Assembly (NCBI GenBank): GCA_964016885.1
Contig: OZ024746.1
Location: 34,472,001 to 34,536,000, forward strand
Direction of reading: 5' to 3'
Length of the DNA stretch: 64,000 nucleotides
Source: Eledone cirrhosa
Lineage: Eukaryota
Shown: positions 26,514 to 37,975 of the stretch, one piece after another
Layout: the number at the start of each line of letters is the position of its first letter
Numbering within the stretch: the first letter of the stretch is position 1
Program-made: the position numbers and the translations under genes
Notes under the pieces: generated by a model
Database searches by the model: none
What the model was told of the DNA's origin: nothing
The model's input: only the letters and a program-made list of their open reading frames with translations

Positions 26514-27889
26514 TCTATATATATACAACTGAGGTTGTCTGTCTGTCTATCGATTTTTGGCACACATCTCCTCTTAGAATCTCTCACGGAATTGCACCGA
26601 AATTGCTATACTTGTACATTGAGCCCTAGCGAAGACATCGGAAAAAGAAATTTCAAATTGACCCGCCCTATCTGACGAAATCGAATATAATGTATCGATT
26701 TTTGAGCGTAAGTGATCAGTTATTTCCCTTTGTTCTGTTTACATTGAGCGTCAGCGTGCAAAAATTAAAAAAATTACGCTGGCTTTCTCAGCGTTTAAAA
26801 TGACATTAACACAATAATTTTTACTTGAAAACAAGTCTATTTAAAGACTACGTAAAACAAGCAAATATTTCGTAAAAAAAAGCAAAAATTATATCAGTTT
26901 ATTTAAAATATATGTATCTGTAAATTTCGTTAGGCGTGCAGTCAGTTTTATATATATAGATGATAAACAATAATATCCTCTATGAGGTCACTAAACCTGC
27001 TAGAAACAGCAGCTAACTCTCCCTCATATCACACCACTCCCTACTGTCTGAAATTTAGAAAACACATATCCTCTATGAGGTTACTAAACCTGCTAGAAAC
27101 AGCGGCTAACTCTCCCTCATATCACACCACTCCCTACTGTCTTAAATTTAGAAAACACATATCCTCTATGAGGTTACTAAACCTGCTAGAAACAGCAGCT
27201 AACTCTCCCCCATATCATACCCCTCCCTACTGTCTTAAATTTAGAAAACATATCTTCTATGAGGTCACTAAACCTGCTAGAAACAGCAGCTAACTCTCCC
27301 TCATATCACATCCCTCCCTACTGTCTTAAATTTAGAAAACATATCTTCTATGAGGTCACTAAACCTGCTAGAAACAGCAGCTAACTCACCCTCATATCAC
27401 ACCACTCCCTACTGTCTTAAATTTAGAAAACACATATCCTCTATGAGGTCACTAAACCTGCTAGAAACAGCAGCTAACTCTCCCTCATAACACACCACTC
27501 CCTACTGTCTTAAATTTAGAAAACACATATCCTCTATGAGGTCACTAAACCTGCTAGAAACAACAGCTAACTCTCCCTCATATCACAACCCTCCCTACTG
27601 TCTTAAATTTAGAAAACACACAGATAACCATGCAGAACAACTCCATCGCAGCTCTGTTGTTCGGCTGGCATCGTCTACTCGCGTGTTGCGCAAGTACTGT
27701 GAAACAATAAATTTCAACACTTTTTTGCACAGAGATAATATCCATAGGCGAAACTACAATTGTCACTGGTGGCGCAGCTCATGCTTCCAGGTCTGCAATT
27801 CATTCACCCAGTGCCTGGCAGACAAAAAAGTGCTGCAACCTAACTTTGGTAACTTAATGACCCCGAGCAACGCCGGGCTTTAATGCTAG
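26514..27889 (+). mobile_element. Non-autonomous Helitron-like element
   Basis: Starts A|TCTATAT with (gtct)n near the 5' end. Ends with the hairpin cccgagcaacgccggg and CTAG|T. Confidence 0.75.
26974..27620 (+). repeat. Minisatellite, 7 x 91-93 bp, inside the Helitron
   Basis: tatgaggt starts at 26981, 27074, 27167, 27258, 27349, 27442 and 27535. Confidence 0.97.
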
Positions 27890-28512
27890 TATTATATACA
27901 ACTATCATTACTCACGCATTGCGGTGTAGTTTGCATTAAGTTAAAAATGTTGCACTTTTTTGCGTACACTATTTCTACCTCAGTAAAGTGAATAAGAAAC
28001 GGCGGATGCTAGGTTCATAAACAAAACATATACACACAGACGCACATACCACAAACACATTCACACACACATACACACATATCTATATACATATATATAT
28101 GTATATAACTTGTGTACGTATGTGTGTGTGTATGCGTTATTGTTATATATATATATGTATATATAGGAGATTATAGTGTAATATATTACTACTTTCATTG
28201 GTTAGACGAGATAAGCTCAATGTATTTCACAGTCGTTTGTTCATCAGGAGTGAAAAGAAAACTGGACGAATAAAGGGCCATTCTTGTAGTAGAGCATTTA
28301 CAATTCATATTTTGAGAAAACCAAGGATAGTATATTATTATTTATGTATACATCTCTAGAGATATATAAATAAATGAATAATAATATATTATACTTGGTT
28401 TTCTTAAATTTGAATTATATATACTTAGGTCTGTAAGTATATATATACGTAAGTATTTAATTAGTATGTATATATGTTTTTATGTATATATGTATGCTAA
28501 TATATGTCTATC

Positions 28513-28549
<37 letters not shown>

Positions 28550-28552
28550 ATA

Positions 28553-28626
<74 letters not shown>

Positions 28627-28901
28627 TAGAAATGGATTGACATATATAAAATAAACATATGAAACAATCACAGGGAATAATTTGTAAAGTGTGTAAGGAC
28701 ACATAGCTAGGTATGTAACTAATTAAAGTTTAACTAGAACTTCAAATATAGATACGTTTTAAAATGATTAATCTCCTTTGTATATATTTCTTTAAATAAA
28801 AAATATATTTCACCAATTAATCGGTAAATCACAGTAGTCAACTCCCGTTGGTCCCCAAAGGAGAAGATCCAACCATCTGTGTTTACACAAATACAAATCT
28901 G

Positions 28902-28951
<50 letters not shown>

Positions 28952-28967
28952 TGATATATATATATAA

Positions 28968-29101
28968 TTGTTTCTACTTTTGGCACAATGCCAGCAATTA
29001 TCTCAGTGTATTTCTGGTGCTTTATTTTATCGACCCCGTAAGGATGAAAGGCAAAGTTAACCTCGGCGGGATTTAAACTCAGTACTGCTAATTCACCGCC
29101 C
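28968..29101 (-). mobile_element. Family-A SINE with an internal deletion
   Basis: Head ggcggtgaattagcagta is fused to the B box, core and tail. Flanked on both sides by tatatataat (attatatata on the element strand). Confidence 0.88.
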
Positions 29102-29120
29102 TTTATATATAATATATATA

Positions 29121-29934
29121 GATTTGAACTAATCCACTTTGGAAAAAAGGATGCCCTGAAACTACCATACTCTCTTCCTTCGGGTGAAAATCTAGTGGCT
29201 TCCAATAACATCAGAGACCTGGGAGTAATTGTGGACATCAATATAAGCTGGGGTACTCATATAAACAGCAAAGTTGATATGGCCCGCAGAATGTGTTGCT
29301 GGATTCTCAGAACTTTCCAGTCGAGAGATATCCACATTGTGGTCCTTCTCTTCTCCATTTTAGCCCGACCCCTCCTTGAATACTGTTGTCCACTGTGGTC
29401 ACCCCACAGGAAACAAAGTATCATGAAAGTTGAAGCACCCCAAAGGTCAATTACAAAAAAGATAGTTGGCCTGACAGGCCTTGACTATTGGGGTCGATTA
29501 GAAAATCTCACACTTTATTCTCGTCAACGTCGCCGTGAGCGCTACATTATCTGTATGATGTGGAAAATATTCCAGCAGCTTAGGCCAAATGATGGGCCCC
29601 GTGCTATCCGCGCACGACAAAAATCCCCCTCGCATCACATAACAACAATACGGTGAAATTATTTCACCTCAATTGGCCCTGCTCTCTTTAACATTACACC
29701 AACACACATCAAAGCAGAGACAGACCCCATCAAGTTCAAGAAGTCTTTGGATAAATTCCTTCAAGAAATACCGGATAAGCCTCCTACACCCGGATATGAC
29801 ACTGTAAACAATAACTCTCTGCTCGAGTGGGCCATAGTGCCTAAACACTGATTTGTAAGGCTTCGCCAGGTGGTGCATTAAGTTAGATATGGCCTGGGCC
29901 AATACTGCCCGAAACCTATCAAAGTTATCAAAGT

Positions 29935-29936
<2 letters not shown>
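29121..29936 (+). mobile_element. 3' fragment of a second CR1-group LINE
   Basis: FELIHFG, IRDLGV, WILRTFQSRD, LEYCCPLWSP and LDYWGRL...QRRRERY are homologous to 3026-3700. Tail (atcaaagtt)2. Confidence 0.88.
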
Positions 29937-30009
<73 letters not shown>

Positions 30010-30013
<4 letters not shown>

Positions 30014-30783
30014 TTATAGGGGTATTTATGTATTTATTTACGCTTTAATTTATATTTTTAATTATCGTGTCTATATTCTGCCTTCCATAGGTTATAGTTT
30101 CCATACACTGGTGGTTTTCCCCTGTTTTATTGATGGCGCACTGTATCTCTCTCTAGTGTGTTACCTTTAAACATATTGTATTCTAAAGGGCCCAGGATGT
30201 CCTCTCCTTTGAGCACATTATTTACAGGGAACGGCGAGAGTCTATGGCTCCGTTAATGTATCGTGATATTTCACTCCTTATAACAGTCTTTAATCTCTCT
30301 CTGTTTAGTTGAGCACACTTCTCTGAGTGGTTTTGGGCTGCCCTTTCTTACAGCTTGTCCCTCAGAGACCACTGGTTCACTGCCCTTAAAAATGCTGTGA
30401 CTTCTCTCTCCCACGTTTAGTTGGACGGTCGCTTTAAAAATTCTCTTATTGTTGTCTGAAACGTATGGCCTAACACACGCTGATGATCCTATGCTATTTC
30501 ACTTCTCTCAACAACTTAATGGCGAAACAAACAGATCACTTCGCATTCGTACGTGTGTTATATAGTTATACAGGTATTTATTTACGATTTAATTAATATT
30601 TTTAATTATCGTGTCTATATTCTGCCTTCCATAGGTTATAGATTCCATACACTGGTGGCGCACTGTATCTCTCTCTAGTGTGTTACCTTTCAACATAGTG
30701 TATTCTAAAGTGACCAGGATTTCCTCTTCTTTGAGCACATTATTTACAGGGAACGGCGAGAGTCTATGGCTCCGTTAATGTAT

Positions 30784-30790
<7 letters not shown>
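30010..30790 (+). repeat. Partial tandem (~550-bp period) pLTR-like repeat with a hammerhead at the unit junction
   Basis: 30010-30270 is repeated at 30562-30790, with (TA)n on both sides. Confidence 0.8.
30471..30560 (+). ncRNA. Type I hammerhead with expanded loops
   Basis: Perfect 9-bp stem I (taacacacg/cgtgtgtta), CTGATGA at 30480, stem II gctatt/aatggc, GAAAC at 30524 and a GTA cleavage triplet at 30549-30551. Confidence 0.7.
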
Positions 30791-30844
<54 letters not shown>

Positions 30845-31048
30845 AATATATTACACGGAGAGAAGTGTGTTACACGTGAGATGTATGTAAAAAATTATTA
30901 CATGTGAGTTTAACCGTTATTGTATGGAGAACAATGCCTACAGGTTAGCAATTAAATAGAAACAATTCAGAATCAAATCTCTGAGGTAGAGTTTTAAATT
31001 ACTAACCTTATAACTATAAACTTCCTGATACGAATTTAGTTCGTTTCA

Positions 31049-31106
<58 letters not shown>

Positions 31107-31647
31107 GTATGTATATATATATGTATATGTGTGTGTGTGTATGATGTTATGAATGATAATATTGTCGTTTGATTAGGTATATCTCTGGTATTTCTATCAA
31201 ATTGCTATAAAAAAACACTCTCACTATCTTCCTGTCTCAATGCATGCAGACACTTAACGAAGTCCGATCACATTCAGGCAGACATATTCGCAATTGGTAG
31301 CTGTAAGCATCTGTCCCAAAGGAAAACAGTGTAACACCTTTTCTTTGATGTTGGTTATGCCAGTACGATCTTGTACAAGTAATCATGTGAGTGGGTGGCC
31401 ATGGAACACATGGGATTTTCCAGTTAACACGGTTCGTTACATGGTTATAGTTATCCCCAAGGTATATCATTGGGTTAATGTTATTATTTATGTTTACTTC
31501 AATCAGTTCACCTGGTTCTTTAAGCATGTTTTATTGCTGCCCTCCCTACTTTATAGTTCACTCCTACACCCATTATTAAATTTCACATTACGTCGATCTT
31601 ATATACATACATGCATACATACAAATTTATATATATATACATTTATG

Positions 31648-31696
<49 letters not shown>

Positions 31697-31701
<5 letters not shown>

Positions 31702-32730
31702 GAAAAAATGAAACGAAATTTCATTTGCCACTCTTAGTACGGCTGTTACTTAAATATAAGTATGTACACGTACATACATATATGTATACAGACGTACAGT
31801 AGTATGTATATATATATATACATTCATGCGCACATATATATATGTACATATGGATTCACCGAACATTTATTATAATGCTCGGTGTGTTTGTAAACAAACA
31901 TCCCGTATTAAGCTGTAGTCTCTACCAACCATCGTTGCTCGTTTGTTCAACACTGACAAAGGAACGCTGTACTACTTTCAAGCTTATTAGCTATCGTCAG
32001 CAACGAACCTTACTGCCAGATTGTTGAACGTATATAATTACCTTATGCATATTAACGGCTGAGTAGCCCAATGTGCATATCGAGTGCGTTAATCGGCCGG
32101 GTGCACCGAAAACGATAAACGGAAAAAATGAAACGAAATTTCATTTCCCACTCTTAGAACGGCTGTTACTTAAATATAAATATGTACACGTACATACATA
32201 TATGTATACAGACGTACAGTAGTATGGTCATGCCACTACGGCTTATTAAGGGATGGTTGTTTACAAACACACCGAGCATTATAATACATGTTGGTGAATC
32301 CATACGTACACATATATGTGTGTGCATGTATGTATATATATATACATACTACTGTACGTCTGTGTACATATATGTATGTACGTGTACATACTTATATTTA
32401 AGTAACAGCCGTACTAAGAGTGGGAAATGAAATTTCGTTTCATTTTTTCCGTTTATCGTTTTCGGTGTACCCGGCCGATTAACCCACTCGATATGCAAAT
32501 TGGGCTACTCAGCCGTTAATATGCATAAGGTAAGTATATACGTTCAACAATCTGGCAGTAAGGTATACGTTGCTGACAATAGCTAATAAACTTGAAACTA
32601 GTACAGCGTTCCTTTGTCAGTGTTGAATAAACGAGCAACGATGGTTGGTAGACACTGCGGCTTAATACGGGATGTTTGTTTACAAACACACCGAGCATTA
32701 TAATAAATGTTCGGTGAATCCATAGGTACA
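31697..32730. repeat. Tandem-plus-inverted ~420-bp pLTR-like repeat
   Basis: The unit starting at 31700 restarts at 32121, and 32250-32730 is its reverse complement. It abuts the PLE body at 32730. Confidence 0.9.
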
Positions 32731-35040
32731 TATTTAGGGTAGTTTTGCTACTAGCCCCTATTACATGTGCGTCCATTTTTCTTACCTGATCATTATTTTG
32801 GGGGGTCCGTATAGCTGGTCCACCCAATCCACCATCCCATGGGAGTCTTTTTTGCCATTGAGGTTATGGTGGGGGTCTACCTCTTATGGGTATACTGGGG
32901 CAGAAACGTCTATGGTAATGGCTGTCTAGGTAGTCAGTGTCGTAGGTAAGTCTAAGTAGGCGGCCCAGTTCGTCTGTGTCAACGTCGCAGAACTCCACCG
33001 CACCCTCAATGTTCATCTCCACACATTTTACTACAGCAAAATCAATGTTAATGGATGGGTACAGTGATACCAGATCCATACTGCCTATTATGCAGTTGCA
33101 TAGGTTCCTGTTATTGTTGCACTCACTGATTCTGCTGAGTTGGTCCTCTGTACTGTCACATACATATGGGGGCATCTTTATTATGGGGCGTATAACCATT
33201 GAGAGGAAGTAGGAGATCCCGTAGTTGCTAGCTATATTTGCTCCGCATACAGGTCTTGTTTGTGGTCCTGTTGTCGGGTCGTCGACTGTCTCGTGGTTTT
33301 TGCGGAGCCCATACAAGGGTGGTATGCCATTGTTAGACGCATGGAAGTTGTTGGCAGTGCGTCTCCTTGGCTTTAGGATGTCGGTCCACATCATCATGTG
33401 AGCGTTTATAATTTTCTCTCTCCCATCATGTATTTGCTGTGCAATTTCGCTCGTGTTGGTGATGTGGGGTTGCATAGCCTTGATGTAGTTCGGCTTGCTG
33501 TCTATTGACATCCTACCAGACTTATCCGTAGGTAGACATACTACCTCACCATCCTTTGGGCGCTGCTTGAGGCTAACCAAGCCTTCTACTGGTTTCCTCC
33601 CAAGTTGTTGGACCTCTTGTTTGCTCTGTCTCTTAGTATCCGGTCTACTATTTGTCTAATCTTATTTCTAGCTATGGTGAACTGTGCCTCTCTCGTCATC
33701 TATTTGTTGTGGTATACAAACCCTTTTATTAAAGGGTAACCTCGTAGGGTAGATATTACCCATCTTATATGTTTTGTCAGCTGGGTTGAAGAATAGTTTC
33801 TCTAAGGGGTTGTCATTATATCTATAGTCGTAGTTGTGTGTGTTGCTATTATTGTTATTACGGTGGTTGTTATTGTTCCTATCATTAGCATTATTATTAT
33901 TGTTATGATTGCTAGATGTATTGTTGCTGTGATTGTTAGATGTATTGTTGTTGTTTTCTCCCCCGTTATTGTTGTTGTTACTGTTATTTCTACCATTGTG
34001 GTTGTTACTTTTATAATGTTTCTTGTTTTTGTTGTTGTTGTGTCTATCATTAATGTTGCTACATGTATTATTTCTATCATTACCACTGTGGTTGTTGTTG
34101 TTGTTACTAGTATTGTTACCGTTATAACTACAGTTGTCTCTGCTGCTGTGTCTGTAATTGATGTTTCTATTATTATTATTATTGTGGTTGTTGTTGTTGT
34201 TGCTCTGTCTATCGTTAATATTATTACCATTATTACTACTTCTCACTCTCCTGCTATTGTTATTGTTATGACTATTACTATTATAGCTGTTATTTCTATA
34301 CTCAGAGTTATTGTTTATATTACTACTATCGTTATTATTGTTGTTGGTGTCCGTATAGTTGTTGTTGTTGTTTACTTTTGCATCCCAACGTATTTTTGTG
34401 AAACACTTTTCCAGCTCCGTTTTACACTCGAGAGGGTAAATCTTTTTGTAGATAGCAAATCTTGGTGGTAGCTGCAGAATTTGCTGTTCTTATTCACTGA
34501 TTAAAGTGTTCCCATAAATATTTACTGTGTGGTCATTGGTAAATTCTTCCGGTACTTCTACATCAGTCATACGGATATTGTTGATGTTATCTGGGTATTT
34601 TGTGAATATTCTATTTTTCTTTCTTCTAGTCTTTTTCTTATTCATCCATTCTAATTTCTTATTGAAATGCCTATTGCATTAGTTTCGGGCGTATTTCCAT
34701 TCACGTCGAATGACGCTCATGAAGTCATCCCTCTCGTTTTGTGTGGTGAGATTTCGGACTTCCTTACCCTTAATGCGTTTCTGTCTGTAAAGTTCGTTAA
34801 CTTTTGTGTATGTTGTTCTTTTCATATTAATTGTTATTGTGTGTTTTAGTCATTCACTTTGTGTTTTGTTCAATAATAAATTATTTACTTGTTTTGATAT
34901 GTTTGTTGTGTATATTTTGAAGGAAACACAGTGTTTCAAGAAGCGGATTTGTTCTGTTGTTATTATAGTTTTTATATAACAGAAAACAGTGTCTTTCAAT
35001 AACCTTTCAGCCTGGTACAAGCTAATGCCATAACGGCGAT
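32730..35040 (-). mobile_element. Penelope-like element, N-terminal region and part of RT (relative of the 42-46 kb PLE), 3' part missing
   Basis: IRFLKHC N-terminus, Asn-rich linker, PTDKSGR, PPLYGLRKNH, RPVCGAN and GSMDLVSLYPSI. Confidence 0.88.
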
Positions 35041-35044
35041 GAAT

Positions 35045-35617
35045 TAGTTTTGCGAGGTTTTTTTATATGATATTGTGTGTCGAAACAAATATTGTTATAC
35101 TTGGGGAGTGTCATATTTGAGTAATAATATTGCCAGAATTAATAAAAGAACACACCGTTGGTCAGTCAATGGTAACATTGAGGAGCGAATAAATTAAATT
35201 AACCGATATAAAAGACACTGAAGCGAAAACCAACCAAACAGTGAGTGTGTTCTGTTATTAATTCTGGCAATATTATTACACAAATATGACCCTCCCCAAG
35301 TATAACAATATTTGTTTCGACACACGATTTCATATAAAAAACCTCGCAAAACTATAAATATATATATATAGAGAGAGAGAGAGAGATATATAAGGAAAAA
35401 GAATGAAATCGAAAATGCAACTGGAGCCTTTTTTTTTAAATATATATTTATTTGGTTCCCTTATCGGTTTCGCAGTTCTTCTGCTTTTCAGATGTGGCGG
35501 GTTTGTGGTTTTTCTCACATCTGCGAAACCGGTAGAGGAACCAAATAAATGTATATTTAAAAAAAAAAGACTCCAGTTGCATTTTCGATTTCGTTTAAAA
35601 TTAAAAAAACACACTTC

Positions 35618-35665
<48 letters not shown>

Positions 35666-35842
35666 CGTGTGTCGAAACAAATATTGTTATACTTGGGGAG
35701 CGTCATATTGTTGTAATAATATTGCGAGAATTAATAACACAACACACTCACACACAGTGAATGTGTTCTGTTATTAATTATGGCAATATTATTACAACAA
35801 TATGACCCTCCCCAAGTATAACAATATTTGTTTCGACACACG

Positions 35843-35850
<8 letters not shown>
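35045..35850. repeat. Cluster of three fold-back elements between (TA)n runs
   Basis: 35045-35352 and 35660-35850 are inverted pairs of gtgtgtcgaaacaaatattgttatacttggggag; 35392-35605 is an inverted pair of the 16.9-kb family. Confidence 0.85.
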
Positions 35851-35887
<37 letters not shown>

Positions 35888-35959
35888 TCTATATTCTCTA
35901 TATATATATAGATATATATATACATACATATTTATATATATCATATATATATGTGTGTT

Positions 35960-36003
<44 letters not shown>

Positions 36004-37087
36004 AGAACGTGTGTGTGTTCAAATGCGTTTGCGTTACTTCATGTAACCATCGTCAAAGCATAGAAAATAATGTATTAATATTACACTGCCCGAGTTTTTC
36101 GTATTTTATTTATTTATCCTGCATTTCTTCCAAATAACCTGTTCACATTGAAGATATAATTGATATCCTCATCGTAGAATGAGTAGTTTAGTATGGCCGA
36201 ATAATAAATCATGACTTGAGTTTCTGCCCTGATTAAAGCTCTAAGCAAATACATTTAATCAAAACAGGCTTCAAATACACTTCATTAGATGATCAACTTC
36301 TGTCCACAAATCCATGAATCTCTAAACAAATAGAGAATCCCACACACTTGTTACAATATACCAAAGTTATGCTCTGAAGCTAAATTATTCTTAGACTGAC
36401 GCATAGTAAGAATTCATCTAGTATCTCATAGTACATCCCTACCTACATCAATCGAGCAACGAGTCCATGTATGTTGGATCACTAGTCTACAAAATACAAA
36501 TGTGGACTATACACAAAATAGGAAGATAACTATATATATTTACCCAATTTACTATATTTTCGCTTTACAGTTATCTAAAAACTAAATTGAAGATACATAT
36601 ATATAGGCGTAACTAAATTTGTCTCCATCAACTGGCCATAAATTTTCTGATGGTTTGTTCTATTCCCAAAAGACAACTCTCGCGGAGTAATGCTATAGGA
36701 CACTCCATTTCCATTTCCGTTATCCAACAATCAAATTCATGGGTTACCACCATTTTTAATTTCCAAAACCAAGCTCTCTCATAGGTTTTTCGTCACCCTG
36801 AATTTAAATAGGCATTATGATATATCTTCATATCTGTTATATCTCTACTAAAACACTTGGGATATTTCACCAGTTCCATATTATATATAGTGTCGTCTGT
36901 GTAGGTTGATATGTCAATAAGAATGTATTTCTTTTTGCAGTAGTATTGACTAAAATATCTGATCGGTTGGCTTTGATATCCCTGTCTACGCGTATGGTCA
37001 TATCTAAGAATATGGTTGCTTTGTAATTCTCATTTGCATTTTCTTGTGAATGGTTGTACCAACATTGGCAACTATAGCAGCAGCGGT

Positions 37088-37089
37088 AG

Positions 37090-37160
<71 letters not shown>
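37088..37160. repeat. (ATT)n(AGT)n compound microsatellite
   Basis: Direct read. Confidence 0.95.
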
Positions 37161-37161
<1 letters not shown>

Positions 37162-37639
37162 CAGCTGCAGTAGCAGCTCTTGCTGCTGCTTCGTTATTTG
37201 TATCACAGCCATCAAATAATGCTATATTTCAGCAATATCACATCGCAATAACGACTGTTTCCAGGGAAACGACTATTATGATAAGAACACCAATCATCAT
37301 AACAACCATCATCACTAGAATGATCTTCATAAATAATATGATATGAAAAAATGAGTCCTGTTGTTAAAACAATGTCTGAAAGGGAGACATACCCAATAGC
37401 GTCTAACAACTGAAGACATTCCAATTAATGTTAACAGACAGAAAATCTTTTGACAACATTATGCACAATCTACTGACAGCAAAGCCCTCACTATTCAAAC
37501 AATAAAAAAATGAAACATGTGATCGATATGTCTACAATACATACAAACATAAAGACCACACACACGTATCTGGGCAGAAGTATGCATACACGGATCGCAT
37601 ATAAAACACACACACAGACACGCACACACACACACACAC

Positions 37640-37715
<76 letters not shown>

Positions 37716-37719
<4 letters not shown>

Positions 37720-37975
37720 ACGAAACACTATAAATAGCAGCAGTCAGAACGATCAAATTTTATCTCGACCAAGAGGAGTATAATAATAATAAAGTATATA
37801 TCCCTACACGCAAAAAGCGTCTAGGGGCACATGTACTGTCCAACCATATGCCAAAGTGGTTCGTTGGCAGGGATATATGCTTTATTATTATTAAACTCCT
37901 CTTGGTCGAGATAAAATTTGGTCGTTCTGACTGCTGCTATTTAAAGGGATATATACTTTATTATCACCACTCCTC
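37716..37975. repeat. Inverted-plus-tandem ~75-bp repeat; the last unit is split by Tx1 copy 2 and continues at 41928-41980
   Basis: ctcctcttggtcgagataaaatttg...ctgactgctgctattta is inverted at 37730-37778 and direct at 37896-37943 and 41928-41975. Confidence 0.85.

Noticed and set aside
26974-27620. CRISPR-like array or 31-aa repeat protein
   Set aside because: No unique spacers, eukaryotic context, and the 91-bp units break the frame. The ctatgag...gaaac segment is not a valid hammerhead core.
31237-31527. 96-aa ORF as a host exon
   Set aside because: No recognisable domain or clear splice context.
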